Part shown: in pieces, positions 39,404 to 51,500 of the stretch
Layout: every line of letters begins with the position of its first letter
Numbering within the stretch: the first letter of the stretch is position 1
The notes under the pieces: model-generated
The model's input: only the letters and a program-made list of their open reading frames with translations
The model's database searches: none
Told to the model about the DNA's origin: nothing
Made by a program: the position numbers and the translations under genes
NCBI RefSeq assembly: GCF_009914755.1
Contig: NC_060929.1
Source of the DNA: the human T2T-CHM13v2.0 reference genome, Homo sapiens
Strand: one strand, 5' to 3'
DNA length: 64,000 bases

Positions 39404-39547
39404 TGTCTATAAATTTGTTCTGACCCCGAGGCATCCCTGGAGTCTCTCTGAATCTGCTGTGATTCTGGGGACTGTCCAATTCACAATCCATTCATTGTTA
39501 AAATAAACTTTTAAAAATTTAATTTGGCTGAAGTTTTTCTTTTGACA
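39404..39547 (+). mobile_element. MER57 3' LTR remnant (TATA/R/U5 only)
   Basis: direct repeat of 36099-36241, roughly 85-88% identical by eye. Confidence 0.9.
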
Positions 39548-39717
39548 CATCCTTGCTAACATTTTTTCCCCTTTTGGTAATGGTCATTCTAACCTGTGTT
39601 AAGTGATATCTCACAGTGGTTTCAATATGCACTTCCATGATGATTAGTGATGCTGAGCATTTTTTTTCATATATTTGTTTGTCATTTGAATGTCTTCTTT
39701 TGAGAAATGTCTGTTCA
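39548..39717 (-). mobile_element. L1MA continuation, right part
   Basis: CATCCTTGCTAAC..TGATGATTAGTGATGCTGAGCAT..TTTGAGAAATGTCTGTTCAG continues the L1 broken at 35810. Confidence 0.85.
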
Positions 39718-39719
39718 GG

Positions 39720-39900
39720 AAAGCAGAGGGTGGGCAGCTTATTGGTAGCAAGTGTCCTAAAGGAATATTCTGGGGGTGATGGAAATGTTCTCTATCTTGA
39801 CTATGGTGGTGTTTACATGCCTTTATATATTTGTCAAAAGTAATTAAATTGATAACATTATTTAAGTAAATTATACCTCAATGAAGCAGGTTAAAAAAAT
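39720..39900 (+). mobile_element. L1ME 3' terminus, right part
   Basis: GGGTGATGGAAATGTTCTCTATCTTGA..GGTGGTG..TAAATTATACCTCAAT. Confidence 0.8.
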
Positions 39901-40149
39901 AAAACATGCCATTATTTAATGAGTAACTAGGGGACTGAAGGGGAAGACAGGTCTGAGAAAATAATATTTATACTAACAATATACTAAAATGTTTGTGCAT
40001 AAATCCAGCAAGGTGGTGCAAATGCTAAACCTATTGTTATCTCCACATCAAAAATAATAGTAGTATTTCTCCAGCCTCATTTAAACTCTTTAGAAAGAAC
40101 ACATACAGCAAAGAGCACAAGAAAGAAAATCCTCAGAGAAAATAATAAA

Positions 40150-40660
40150 AAGTAGAAATGAGTGAGTCACCTTGCAGGAGGAAAGGGAAGGCCAGAATCT
40201 CTGGTGTGGGCCAAGGGAGAAGGTGCATCAGATGAAATCAGGAGAGCAGACACAGTTCAGATCACCAAAGCTTCATAATTCAGAACAAAATCTTCATTTT
40301 TTATATTAATTGTGAAGGTGGAGAGAGGGGTTATAAACTCAACTGAGTTGTATAATTTGTGTTTCAAAAAAATCATTGCATTAGAGACAGCAGATTGTGT
40401 GAAAGCAAAGGTGTAAACATGGAGAGCCATTGGGAGACAATCATAGTAGACTAAGAAAGATGTGATAAAAGTGTTGGATCAAAGTAGTAGTAGTGGTTAA
40501 TTGTTTAGGAGGTAAATTAATAGGACTTACGATAGACTGCATGTGGAAAGCAAGATAAATTAAAGATGCTGCCGAACTTTTTGTCCTGAGTGACAGGGTA
40601 GATACAGTTGCTAATTGCTCAGCTGAGAACACAAGGAGTGGGAATAGGCTTTAAGGGAAG
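40150..40660 (-). mobile_element. L2 fragment
   Basis: TTTAGGAGGTAAATTAATAGGACTT..GATAGACTGCATGTGG antisense L2 motifs. Confidence 0.6.
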
Positions 40661-41553
40661 GGGGTACAGTTAAGACCTTAGACCTGAGCACTTATCCTCT
40701 TATGTAGGAAATCATACCACTTTAGGTCAGAAGAAAATCCTCTTTATGGATAGCATTTTGTTTTGGTTTTTCTGTAACTTAGATATACCCTTGCTCTCAA
40801 TTTATATTTCCTTTTCCCCCTTTTCTCTTATTTCCACTTAAATACAGAAATAACCAGTGACAGAAATTATTCAAAATACATAATTTATTTTACAATTTAA
40901 CACTTTTATCTCAATAAAAGGAAGGCAAAATAAATTACAAGAAAAAGGATAAAATGAATATCTAGAAATCCCCACAGGATAAACCTGAATGCCTACTTTA
41001 AAGATCCTTAACCTGAAAACATCTAAAAGATATTTTAAAAATATATGGTAAAACTAAAGAGAAAGAAAAAACTTAATTCACCTCTTCTTGATAAACCCTT
41101 GTCAATACTATACATTTAACTAATATATATTACGATGTAATATATACATTGTATGTATGTAACTACTACATATTACAATGTGTGCCCTTAAATTAAAAAA
41201 AGATAATACAAATCCTAGAGAAAAAAATTATATTGCCACCCCAAGAGAAAGAATCATATCTTTCCTCCTGTACATATATGGTGCATAATATGTGCTCGAT
41301 TTGTGTTGATCTTAACTATATCCTTTATTAACATCATTACTGTCATTATCAGCATCATCGAAACAAATATTTACCGAGTACTTAAAGATTTAAGTTACTG
41401 ATTTTAAACTCTGTAAAAGTTTCATTAGATTATGCAGATAGACTTGGAGACATTTCAAGAGAAGAAGGTTCTATTCTAGCTTCAAACCTATTGCTTTGCA
41501 CTCCCTGTGGCCACAAGAACTCACTTTAGTGTTTAGAAATCATTGCTCTACAA

Positions 41554-42734
41554 CAGGAGTTGACATTGTTTTTTTTCTGGAAAAGGCCAGAGGTAAGATT
41601 TTAAACTTTGTGAGCTATATAGTTTCTGCTGCAACTACTCAAATGCATTGTAGCACAAAAGTAGCCATGGGAAGTATATAAAAAATAGAACTTAGCTGTT
41701 TTACAAACTACTTACAAACCACCAATCTACCCTTTATCTTTATGAGATACATTTTTAAGCTCCTTCATATGAGTGAAAACATGCAATATTTGTATTTCTA
41801 TGCTTGACTTATTTCATTTGGCATAATGACCATGTTGCTGCAAAGGACAGGATTTTATTCTTTTTTATGGCTGAAAAATATTCTATTTTGTATACATAGA
41901 AATTTTCTTAATCCATTCATGCATTGGTGGGCACTTAGGTTGATTCCATATTCTGGCTATTGTGAATAGTGTTTTAATAAACATGGGAATGCAGATATCC
42001 CTTTGATATATTGATTTCCTTTCTTTTTTATATAGTAAGTAGTGAATTGGCTGGATAACATGGTAGTTCTACTTTTATTCTTTTGAGGAACCATCGTACT
42101 GTTTTCCATAGTGGCTGTACTAATTGACATACCCACTTACAGTGCTCAAGGGTTTCCCATTCTCCACATTTTCACCAGCATTCGTTATTCCTTGTATTTT
42201 TTTTTTCATAATGACCATTTAAACTGGAGTGAGGTGATATCTCATTGTTGTTTTGATTTTCATTTCTCTGATGATAGTAATTTTGAGCATTCTTTCGTAT
42301 AACTGTTGGCCATTTATGTATCTTCTTTGGTGAAATGTCTTCAGATCTTTAGTCCATTTTTTAAATTAAATTATCTGTTTTTCACTATTGATCTGTCTTA
42401 GCTCGTTATATATTATGGTTATTAATCCCTTATCAGATGGATAGTTTGAAAAAAATTCTCCCAATCTGTGGGTTGTCTTTTCACATTGTTGATTGTTTCA
42501 TTTGCTGTGCAGAAGTTTTTTTAGCTTGACGTGATCTCATTTGCCTATTTTTGCTTATTGCCTGTGCTTTTGAGGTCTACACAAAAACTATTTGCCAAGA
42601 CTAATGTCCTAAAACATTTTCCCAATGTTATGTTGTAGTATTTTCATAATTTCAGGACTTAGATTTAAGTCTTCAGTACAAAATCAGATTGGCTGGCTGA
42701 ACTTGGTCTGTGGGTTGTAGTTTGCCAACCACTG
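41554..42734 (+). mobile_element. MER58A hAT-Charlie DNA transposon split by an L1MA fragment (arms 41554-41716 and 42677-42734)
   Basis: CAGGAGTTG..AAGGCCAG..GCAACTACTCAA..GTAGC and GTAGTTTGCCAACCACTG; degenerate 8-bp TSD CTCTACAA / CTCTAAGA. Confidence 0.85.
41717..42676 (-). mobile_element. L1MA internal fragment (ORF2 end and part of 3'UTR, no poly-A end)
   Basis: CATATGAGTGAAAACATGC..TTTTGAGGAACC..TTTGCTGTGCAGAAG..TTAGATTTAAGTCTT. Confidence 0.88.
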
Positions 42735-43136
42735 CTCTAAGACAAGAATTTCGTTTTTATCTAAATCTTGGCCAACCTGGCTGCTTCAATCATGAAGTTG
42801 ATGTAATGCAGAGTGACTAGAAAATTGCATGAAAATATTGGCCTTTAAGCAACACTCATTAATCTCATAGGTTCTCACTCTTATTTAATATAGCAAGAGC
42901 AATAAAGAACATTCAGCAATAAAATGAATGTCTAATTAAATTGAAATGTTTTAATAATCCTTCATATGTGATCAGTTTATCTCATTCTTAAAAATGCAGT
43001 ATTGAAGACAAAACAAAATAAAATAAAATAAGTATGAGTGTATGAATATATGAGAGATACATGAGTAGGTGGGAAATGGCTTAAGATTACTTTTTTTTTT
43101 ACATTTATGACTGGGGTTTGAGTACCTTTGGAACAA

Positions 43137-43155
43137 ATATATATATATGTGTGTG

Positions 43156-43204
<49 letters not shown>
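43137..43204. repeat. (TA)n/(TG)n microsatellite
   Basis: direct reading. Confidence 0.95.
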
Positions 43205-43333
43205 CACAGCTCATTGTATATAATACAGATTTTTTTTTGTTTCTTGACCACAAGGACTGAGGACTAAAGCTTGGTTATAGGTACAAGACAGAGACATCCA
43301 CAAAAGGAGGCAAAGGGCTGATAGACATTAAAC

Positions 43334-43547
43334 CAGTGTTTCTCAACCTTGGCACTATTGACATTTGGGGCCAGATAATTCTTTGTTGTGCATGTTTATG
43401 TGCTGCATTATAGAATATTTGGCAGCAATTCTCACCTCTGCCCATTAAATGCCAGTAGCAATATCCACTTGTGACAACAAATTATATCCACAGATATTGC
43501 CAGTTGTCATCTAGGATGCAAAACTGCTGCTGGTAGAGAATAGATGG
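43334..43547 (+). mobile_element. MER20 hAT-Charlie DNA transposon
   Basis: CAGTGTTTCTCAACCTTGGCACTATTGACATTTGGGGCCAGATAATTCTTTGTTGTG..ATGCCAGTAGCA..TGTGACAAC. Confidence 0.9.
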
Positions 43548-43684
43548 GCTAAAAGAATAAAAAAGACCTAACTCTTGACACTTTTCCTCCACTTCAAGCA
43601 GAAATTATACTTTCTTGTTCTTTGCAATCATAATATATTCTCCCTTGGCATAAAAGATAAAACGTATGTACAAATGATACATTT

Positions 43685-43821
43685 GGTTTTGTTTGTTTGT
43701 GTTTTAGAGATGTGGTCTCACTATGTTGCCTAGGCTGGCCTTGAATTCCAGGGCTTAAGCGAGCCTCCCACCTCAGCCTCACAAGTAGCTACAACTACAG
43801 GCATATACCACTGCCCTGGCT
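43685..43821 (-). mobile_element. FLAM (free Alu monomer)
   Basis: AGAGATGTGGTCTCACTATGTTGCCTAGGCTGG..CCTCCCACCTCAGCCTC, single monomer. Confidence 0.85.
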
Positions 43822-44055
43822 AATTTTTTTAAATTATTTTATTTTAATGTTCGTGGAAAATATTTTGAAAAGAAAATTATAAGAATAAATATATTAAGTT
43901 ATTACTAAAATGACTCCATTTGCTTCTGAATGTTTGTATGGACCATTCATATCACACAATTTATTAAAAAATCAAAGGTGGATGTGTCTATTGTGCATTT
44001 ACTTTCTGACTACTTTGGATGCCTGCCTTATCAAATGAGAAGAGTGTATTTGGTA

Positions 44056-44264
44056 GCTCAATTTTTAGGTTTTTGAGGAACCTCCAAAATAAAGTATGTA
44101 ATTGGATTATTTGTAACTCAAAGAATAAATGCTCAAGGGGATGGATACCCTACTCTCCATGATGTGCTTATTTCACACTGCATGCCTATATCAAAACATC
44201 TCATGTACCCCATAAATATATACACCTACTATGTACCCACAAACATTTTTTAATAAAATTTTAG
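44056..44264 (+). mobile_element. Short L1MA2/3-like 3' end with 5' inversion
   Basis: GATAAATG-like..GGGGATGGATACCC..CCATGATGTG..CAAAACATCTCATGTACCCCATAAATATATACACCTACTATGTACCCAC; about 35 bp of antisense L1 at its 5' side; degenerate TSD. Confidence 0.85.
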
Positions 44265-45118
44265 AAAAGATTGCATTTGGTAAAATTCCATTTTCAAAAC
44301 AAAGCACAATGGGAAAACTACACTTGAAACCACCAAAAAGTTTAAAACAGCTCTGTTTAAGTAATTGCTGTGAAGATTTGTCACAAATTTATATTTATAT
44401 TGCTGAAATCACTGTTAGACCTGAATGCAAATCTTATAGATATTTAATCAAATATTTTTTAAAAGACACTTGCTTCTCATAAAAAGATGTATCCAGTGTA
44501 CTGTGTGAGAATATAATGTTTTTAACATTAGGTCTCATTCTATGTAATCTGGAGTAAAGTATCATATAAAACCTTTTGTTGCATACAACAGTAACATTAC
44601 TACAGATTTTCTAAGTTCTGAGCATTTTAATGAATTTTGAACTATTAAATTCCTCATGTATCTCTATAAAAATTCTATGCAATTACTTATATTTATGGAA
44701 CATTTAAAATGTATTAGTATTAAGGACAAATGAAAGAGTATGAAATAAAGGTTGATAATTAAAGATTTCACTAATTTAAATATTGGCCCTAAACTCAATT
44801 AAAATGTTGTTCAGAATTCAATAGTGAGTCAGATTTTCTCGGGAATGTTTGAGCAATAGACAGCTCTCTGATACATGGGTGCACATGGCCATCATACATG
44901 CCAGAAAGATTTAATATTCCCACTTTGCTTTTCACTATCAGAATTCATCTTTACTGTAGATATTTAAAACACTTTATGATATAATACCTAGTGTATACCA
45001 CAAACATCTAAGCTGTGCTGAACAATGTAGAAGCTACACTTATTATATAGGATATCTAACGTAATACAAATCACGTATTGTTGTTCTTTTGAGCAAGGTA
45101 TTTTAGTATATACAAACA

Positions 45119-45178
45119 TAACTGAAATATACTCTACCTTAAGCCACGTAACTGAAATACACTCTACCTTAAGCCACT
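45119..45178. repeat. 30-bp tandem duplication
   Basis: TAACTGAAATA(T/C)ACTCTACCTTAAGCCAC(G/T) x2. Confidence 0.95.
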
Positions 45179-46189
45179 TGCTAGGCATAATGGTCAAAAT
45201 CAAGATACAGTCACACACACTTTTATTACATGAAGGTTCATCCATACTATATATTAGAGACACATAATACCATGAAATGCACAAAGGGGAGAAAAACTGT
45301 TATCCAAGGAGACACAGATGTTTCACACTACAGGTGTCTTTATATAGGATGTCAGAAATCCTGACATTCAAGGCCGAAAAGAAGCATGAATACATGTTGT
45401 TAAAAATACAAAAATAGAGACAAATTCATTGTCCATTAGAAGAACAGTTAAAGAAGTTACCATACAGCTATTAAAACGTTGATGAATATGTGAACTGACT
45501 GACATGAGAAGATTGGCCCATGACAGACTGTTAAGGAGGAAGGCTACAGACAGCATAACAGCATTGGAACCAATCCTGTTTTTATAATTGCATGTTGTAC
45601 ATGAGAATGTGTGCACAGAAAAAGGGATACAACTCCATATACCAAAATTAGAGAAAAGATAAAGTTATTTTAAGTCTGTGTTCAAACAATTGGAACAGGA
45701 CAAAAGGAGTTGAAATTTGACTGTGGATAAATCCAGTTCTCAGAGAAATTGTTATTTTTTTCCATGTTCTCTAATCTCTCACCTCCAAAAACTTGGTCCT
45801 TTCCCTCAGCTGGTTTTTACGTGTTCCCCTTTCCTCAAAAAGAGGGGCTTCATATTTCTCTTTACAGAATCTCTCATCTCTCTCCTCTTTTTGAAAACCT
45901 TGCTTCTGAGAAATTACCCAATAAATAAACAAAGAGGAAATGTAGAAAACAAAAACAAAAACAACTCTGACATGTTTAAACAAAGGGCAGAAATATGCAC
46001 TTGAATCAAAACAACCAAATGGGTTTACTATAGTTAGAGTGTAGCTGTGTGAGTGGGTGCAATTTTAGCAGGCCAAAAAACTAGAATAGATAATGACTAT
46101 TTAAAACCAAATGGTTGAAAGCTTCAAACATCATGCTAATGAGTGTGAGATCTCTCTGCAGGAAATGAAAAGTAGAACAGGTCTTTGCA

Positions 46190-46790
46190 CAGTGCATATC
46201 AAATGCCACAATAGATGCTCACCCTTACCAATCCACTTTTAGGAATAGATAAGGAAATACTAGCAGAAAGATTTAGTGAAATTGATAATCTTAGGCATAC
46301 TGTTTGCAGTGATGAGAAATTATAAATAGTTTATAAGCTTATCAATAGGAAAGACTTCAATAAATTATGGTCTATCCAGTTAATGGAATATTATGTTACT
46401 AGTATAAAAACAAATTTTAAGTTAAATAAACATAATTTTCAAATGAAGAGATTGTGGTTCCTCTTAACTAGGTAACAACAAAAAATGGGGAGAGACTGTT
46501 TTGGAAGAGTAATTAATGCAATGAAACATATTTACGGGACATTGAAATCTAGGTTAAACAAAATATATACAATGATTTCTATTTTGTAAATTATATGCAT
46601 TAATGTGAATATTAAATATTATATTGCATATTATATATAATATATATGCACAATAAAATAGTAATGGTAATTCTCTCCAGTATATAGGATTATGAGCAAG
46701 TATTAACTTAATTTTTAGATTTGTCTACATTTCCTAAATCTTATATAATGAATATATAATACTTTTGTAAGAAAAAACCTATTGAAATTA
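46190..46790 (+). mobile_element. L1ME 3'UTR fragments
   Basis: CCAATCCACTTTTAGGAAT..AATAAATTATGGTCTATCCA..ATGGAATATTATG. Confidence 0.55.
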
Positions 46791-48249
46791 TTTGTTAAAG
46801 AGAGTTTCTCAGAAGCTGAACGAAATAATTGATATGAATTATTAAGAAGATGTCTATAGTAACAATAGGAAATTGAGGTCTCAAAGATGATGTTAAAATT
46901 TGAAGTATAAGATGTAGGCATGTTGGTGATGTCATTATCTGGGACTGACAAAAAATGAGAACATTTTGAAGAAAATAATTATTTTGGTTTGGTTAATTAA
47001 TTGGGTTCTAGGTAGAAATATTATATGGAAATGTCAGTAATGAACTAAAGATGCTGCTTCAGAGCTTAATACAGAATGAGTTTTGCTGGAAAATGCTTGA
47101 GTAATAGACAGCTTGCAGATGCATGGGTGCACAGACTGAGTTATGCCAAAGCTTGTTTTAGTAAACTCAATCTGTTACTCTCATTTAAAAATCTTTATTT
47201 CTTTTGTGGAAAGCACTGAAATGTGATCATCCTAAATACAATTCTTGGAGATTTGATTTAAAAAATCTAAAATAATACTTGAAAGTCTCTGCTGCTTTAA
47301 GTATTATAATCAGTAAACTAAAGTGAAAGTGATGTCTTCTAATCTCAGAGGTTTTATAATCAAAATGTACTATATTTTTAGTACAAAAGTGAACCAATTC
47401 ACTACAACTAGGGAAAAATGAAAGTCTTACATATCACAGGTAGCTTATAACTTCTTTATTAACTAAATACTGTGACATGTTCCTCTCCTTTTACAATTAA
47501 ATATTGTTAAAATTTTAGCAATTAAAGACAAAATATTTAACTGTTGTACACTTTAAAAGTTTACCTTTTAAAATATCAATATTTATTATAGTATTGGTAT
47601 TATATATCTTGAGTAGTACAAATAGCATTCTAATTCAAAGCAGAATAATCAATAATAATCCTATTTATAAAACAGATCTAAGGAAGAGAAAATAATAGGA
47701 TGAGAAAGAAACAAGAATACTAGAGTGTGTAAAAATTCAATTTATATGTTAACTAAACTACCACTGCCCATCATCTGCTGTATAAATTATGGCCTACAGT
47801 TATCAAGGGAACAGTTACTTTCTTGATACTTCTTAATTAACTGTTTTTGATAATCAATAACTGTTCTGCATGCTAGGTTGTATTGGCACATCAAAGGAAA
47901 TATGTTGTGAGTTTTAAGGAAGATATTGTGTTTTTGTTCTGCATCAAATTCTGCAGATTGCTCCTCTTGTTTGTCCAATGTCATTGATAAAATTATCGCC
48001 AGCCATCCTGTTACTTAGAAATAGAAAATTCAACAACAATTTTCACTCTCCTCTCACCCCCCATGTTTTTGACTGCTAAGAAACATTACTTTTTTCTGTC
48101 TTTCTCAACTCAGTATTTAGTTTTTCTTTCTTTTTCCTGTGCTAATTTCTTCCAAAGTTTCTTCCAAAATTTTCTGTTTGCCGTGCTAATTTCTTCCAAG
48201 AATCTGTTCTTGGATAGACTTTGTCTTCATTCACTGCTTGGGTTATCAT

Positions 48250-48585
48250 ATCCGGTTTCTTGGTTTCAAACGTAATTCATTTGCTGCTGATTATAAAATT
48301 ATGTTTTCATTTTATTCTCTACATTGAAAAACCACTCATGAACCTGCTAGCTTACCTGGCATCTCCATTGAGTGTTGCATAGAAAACTCACATCACAAGT
48401 TTTCAATGAAATATTTTATGCCACACTCCCCATCCTCCAAATTCTCATTATATGCTGATGTTGTTGCTCATCTCAAAAACTGGTAACTCCCTTCTGTGAG
48501 ATGTTCCAGGCAAAATTATTGGACACATTTTTCCTTTGTCTCCACATCTAATTCCTCAGCAATATTTTTTAAAATAATAGTGTTA
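48250..48585 (+). mobile_element. L2 fragment, left of the L1PB insertion
   Basis: TACCTGGCATCTCCATTGAGTGTTGCATAG..CCAGGCAAAA..CCACATCTAATTC. Confidence 0.55.
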
Positions 48586-48587
48586 AA

Positions 48588-51500
48588 TCTCAATATTACT
48601 GTGGAATGTCATTGGCCTAAATGCTCCACTTAAAAATAGAGAATGGCAGAATGGACTTTAAAAAACATCAAGTAACTGTCTGCTGTCTGTAAGAGACTCA
48701 CCTAACACATAAGGATTCATATAAATACCAGGTTAAAGGGTAAAAAAATATATTCCATGCAAATATAAACCAAAGCAAGCAGGAGTCACTATTCTTAGAT
48801 CAGACAAAACAGACCTTAAAGCTTTAAAGGAAAAAAGACAGAGAAGACATTACATAATGATAAAAGGACCAGTCCAACAATAAGATATTACAATCTGAAA
48901 CTTATATGCACCTAACACTGAAGATCCCCAATTTATAAAACAATTACTACTAGACTTAAGAGATGAGACAGCAACACAATAATAGTGGGGGACTTCAATA
49001 CTCCACTGATAGCTCTAGTCAGATAATCAAGACAGAAAGTCAACAAAGAAAAAAATGGACTTAAACTATACCCTATAACTAATGGACTTAACACATATTT
49101 ACAGATCCTTCTTCTCAAAAGCTTCTGAATATACATTCTTCTCATCAGCACATGGAACTTTCTCCAAGATAGACCATATGAACCATATGATAGGCCATGA
49201 AACAAGTCTCAACAAATTTAAGAAAATGAACATTGTATCAAGTATCTTCTCAGATCACAGTGGAATAAAACTGGAAATCACTCCAAAAGGAACCCTCAAA
49301 AATATACAAATACATGGAAATTAAATAATCTGTTCTTGAATTAACTTTTGCATTAACGATGAAATCAAGATGGAAATTTAAAATTCTTTAAAATGAAAAA
49401 TAATAGGTATCAAAACTGCTCAAATATATCAAAAGCAGTGCTAAGAGGAAAGTTCATAGCATTAAATGTCTACATCAAAAAGTTTGAAAAGCACAAATTG
49501 GCAATTTAATGTCATACCTCAAGGAACTAGAGAAACTGGAACAAACTAAACCCAAAGCCAGAAGAATAAAAGAAATAACAAAGATCAGAGCAGAATTAAA
49601 TTAAATTGAAACAAAGAAGATACAAAAGATAAATGAAACAAATAGATTTTATTTGAAAAGACAAACAAAATTGATAGACTATCAGTGAAATTAACCAGGA
49701 AAGGAAGAGAGACGATCCAAACAAGTTCGATTATAAATGAAACTGGAAATGTTATATCCAATACCACAGAAATACAAAAGGTCACTCAAGGATACTATGA
49801 ACACCTTTACATGCACAAACTAGAAAATCTAGAAGAAATGGATAAATTCCTGGAAATATACTACCCTGATAGATTAAATCAGGAAGAAACAGAAACCCTG
49901 ACCAGACCAATAACAAGCAGTGAGACTGAACCAGTAATAATAATAAAACAAAATTGCCAACAAACAAAGTCCAGGACCAGAAGGATTCAGAAGAATTGGT
50001 TCCAATCCTACTAAAACTATTCCAAAAACACAGAGAAGGAATTCTCCCTAAATCATTCTATGAAGTTAGTATCACCCTAATACCGAAAGCAGGAAAGGGC
50101 ATAATAAAAAAAAAGAAAACTACAGAACAGTATCCCTGATGAACACAAATGCACAAATCCCCAACAAAATACTAGCTAACTGAATCCAACAGCAGAGCAA
50201 AAAGATAATATATCATGATACATTACATAAACAACATTAAAACAAAACCTATATGATCATCTCACTAGACACAGAAAAAGCATTTGATAAAATACAGCAT
50301 CCCTTTATGATAAAAAAAAAACCCCTCAACAAAACAGGCATAGAAGGGACTTACCTCAAAGTAAAAACAAAAAAGCCAATATGACCATCCCACAGCCAAC
50401 ATCATACTGAATGGAGAAAAGTTAAAAGCATTCCCTCTGAGAACTGGAATAAGAGAAGAATGCCCACTTTCACCACTTCTATTCAACATAGTACTGGAAG
50501 TCTTAGCCAGAGCAATCAGGCAAGAGAAATAAATAAAGGACACCCAAATTGGAAAAGAGGAAATCAAATGGTCAGTTTTCACTGATGATGGAATTGAATA
50601 CCTAGAAAACCCTAAAGATTCATCCAAAAGGATCCTAGATTTGATAAACAAATTCAGTAAACTCTCAGGTTGAAAAATCAATATACGCAAATCAGTCACA
50701 CTGCTATACACCAACATCAACCAAGTTGAGAATCAAATCAAGAACTCAATCTCTTTTACAACAGCTGGAAAAAATGTCCAGGAGTATATTTAACCAAAGA
50801 GGCAAAAGAACTCTACCAGGAAAACTACAAAACACAGCTGAAAGAAATCATAGATGACACAAACAAATGAAAACTCATCCCATGTCCATGGATGAAAAGA
50901 ATAAATATTGTGAAAACAATCAAACTTCCCAAAGCAATCTACAGATTCAATGCAATTCCCATCAAAATACCATCATTTTTCACAGAACTAGAAAAAAAAA
51001 TCCTAAAATTCATATGGAACCAAAAGAGTGTCTGCATAGCCGAAGCAATATTAAGCATAAAGAACATATCTGGAGGCATCACATTACCAGATTTTAAATT
51101 GTACTACAAGCCTATGGTTACCAAAACAGCACAGTACTGGTATAGAATAGACACTTCGAGAACACACAAATAAAGCCAAATACTTATAGCCAACTGGTCT
51201 TCAACAAAGCAAACAAAAACGTAAATTGGGAAAGGATATCCTATGCAATAAATGGTGCTGGGAAAACTGGCAAGCCACATGTAAAAGAATGAAACTGGAT
51301 CCCTATCTCTCAGCTTATACAAAAATCAACTCAAGATGGATAAAAGACTTAAATCTAAGACCTGAAACCATAAAAAGTCTGGAAAATAACATTTGAAAAT
51401 CTCTTGTGCACATAGGTATAGGCAAAGAATTCAAGACTAAGATTCCAAAAGCAAATGCAACAAAAAACAAAATAAATAAATGAGACCCAATTAAACCAAA

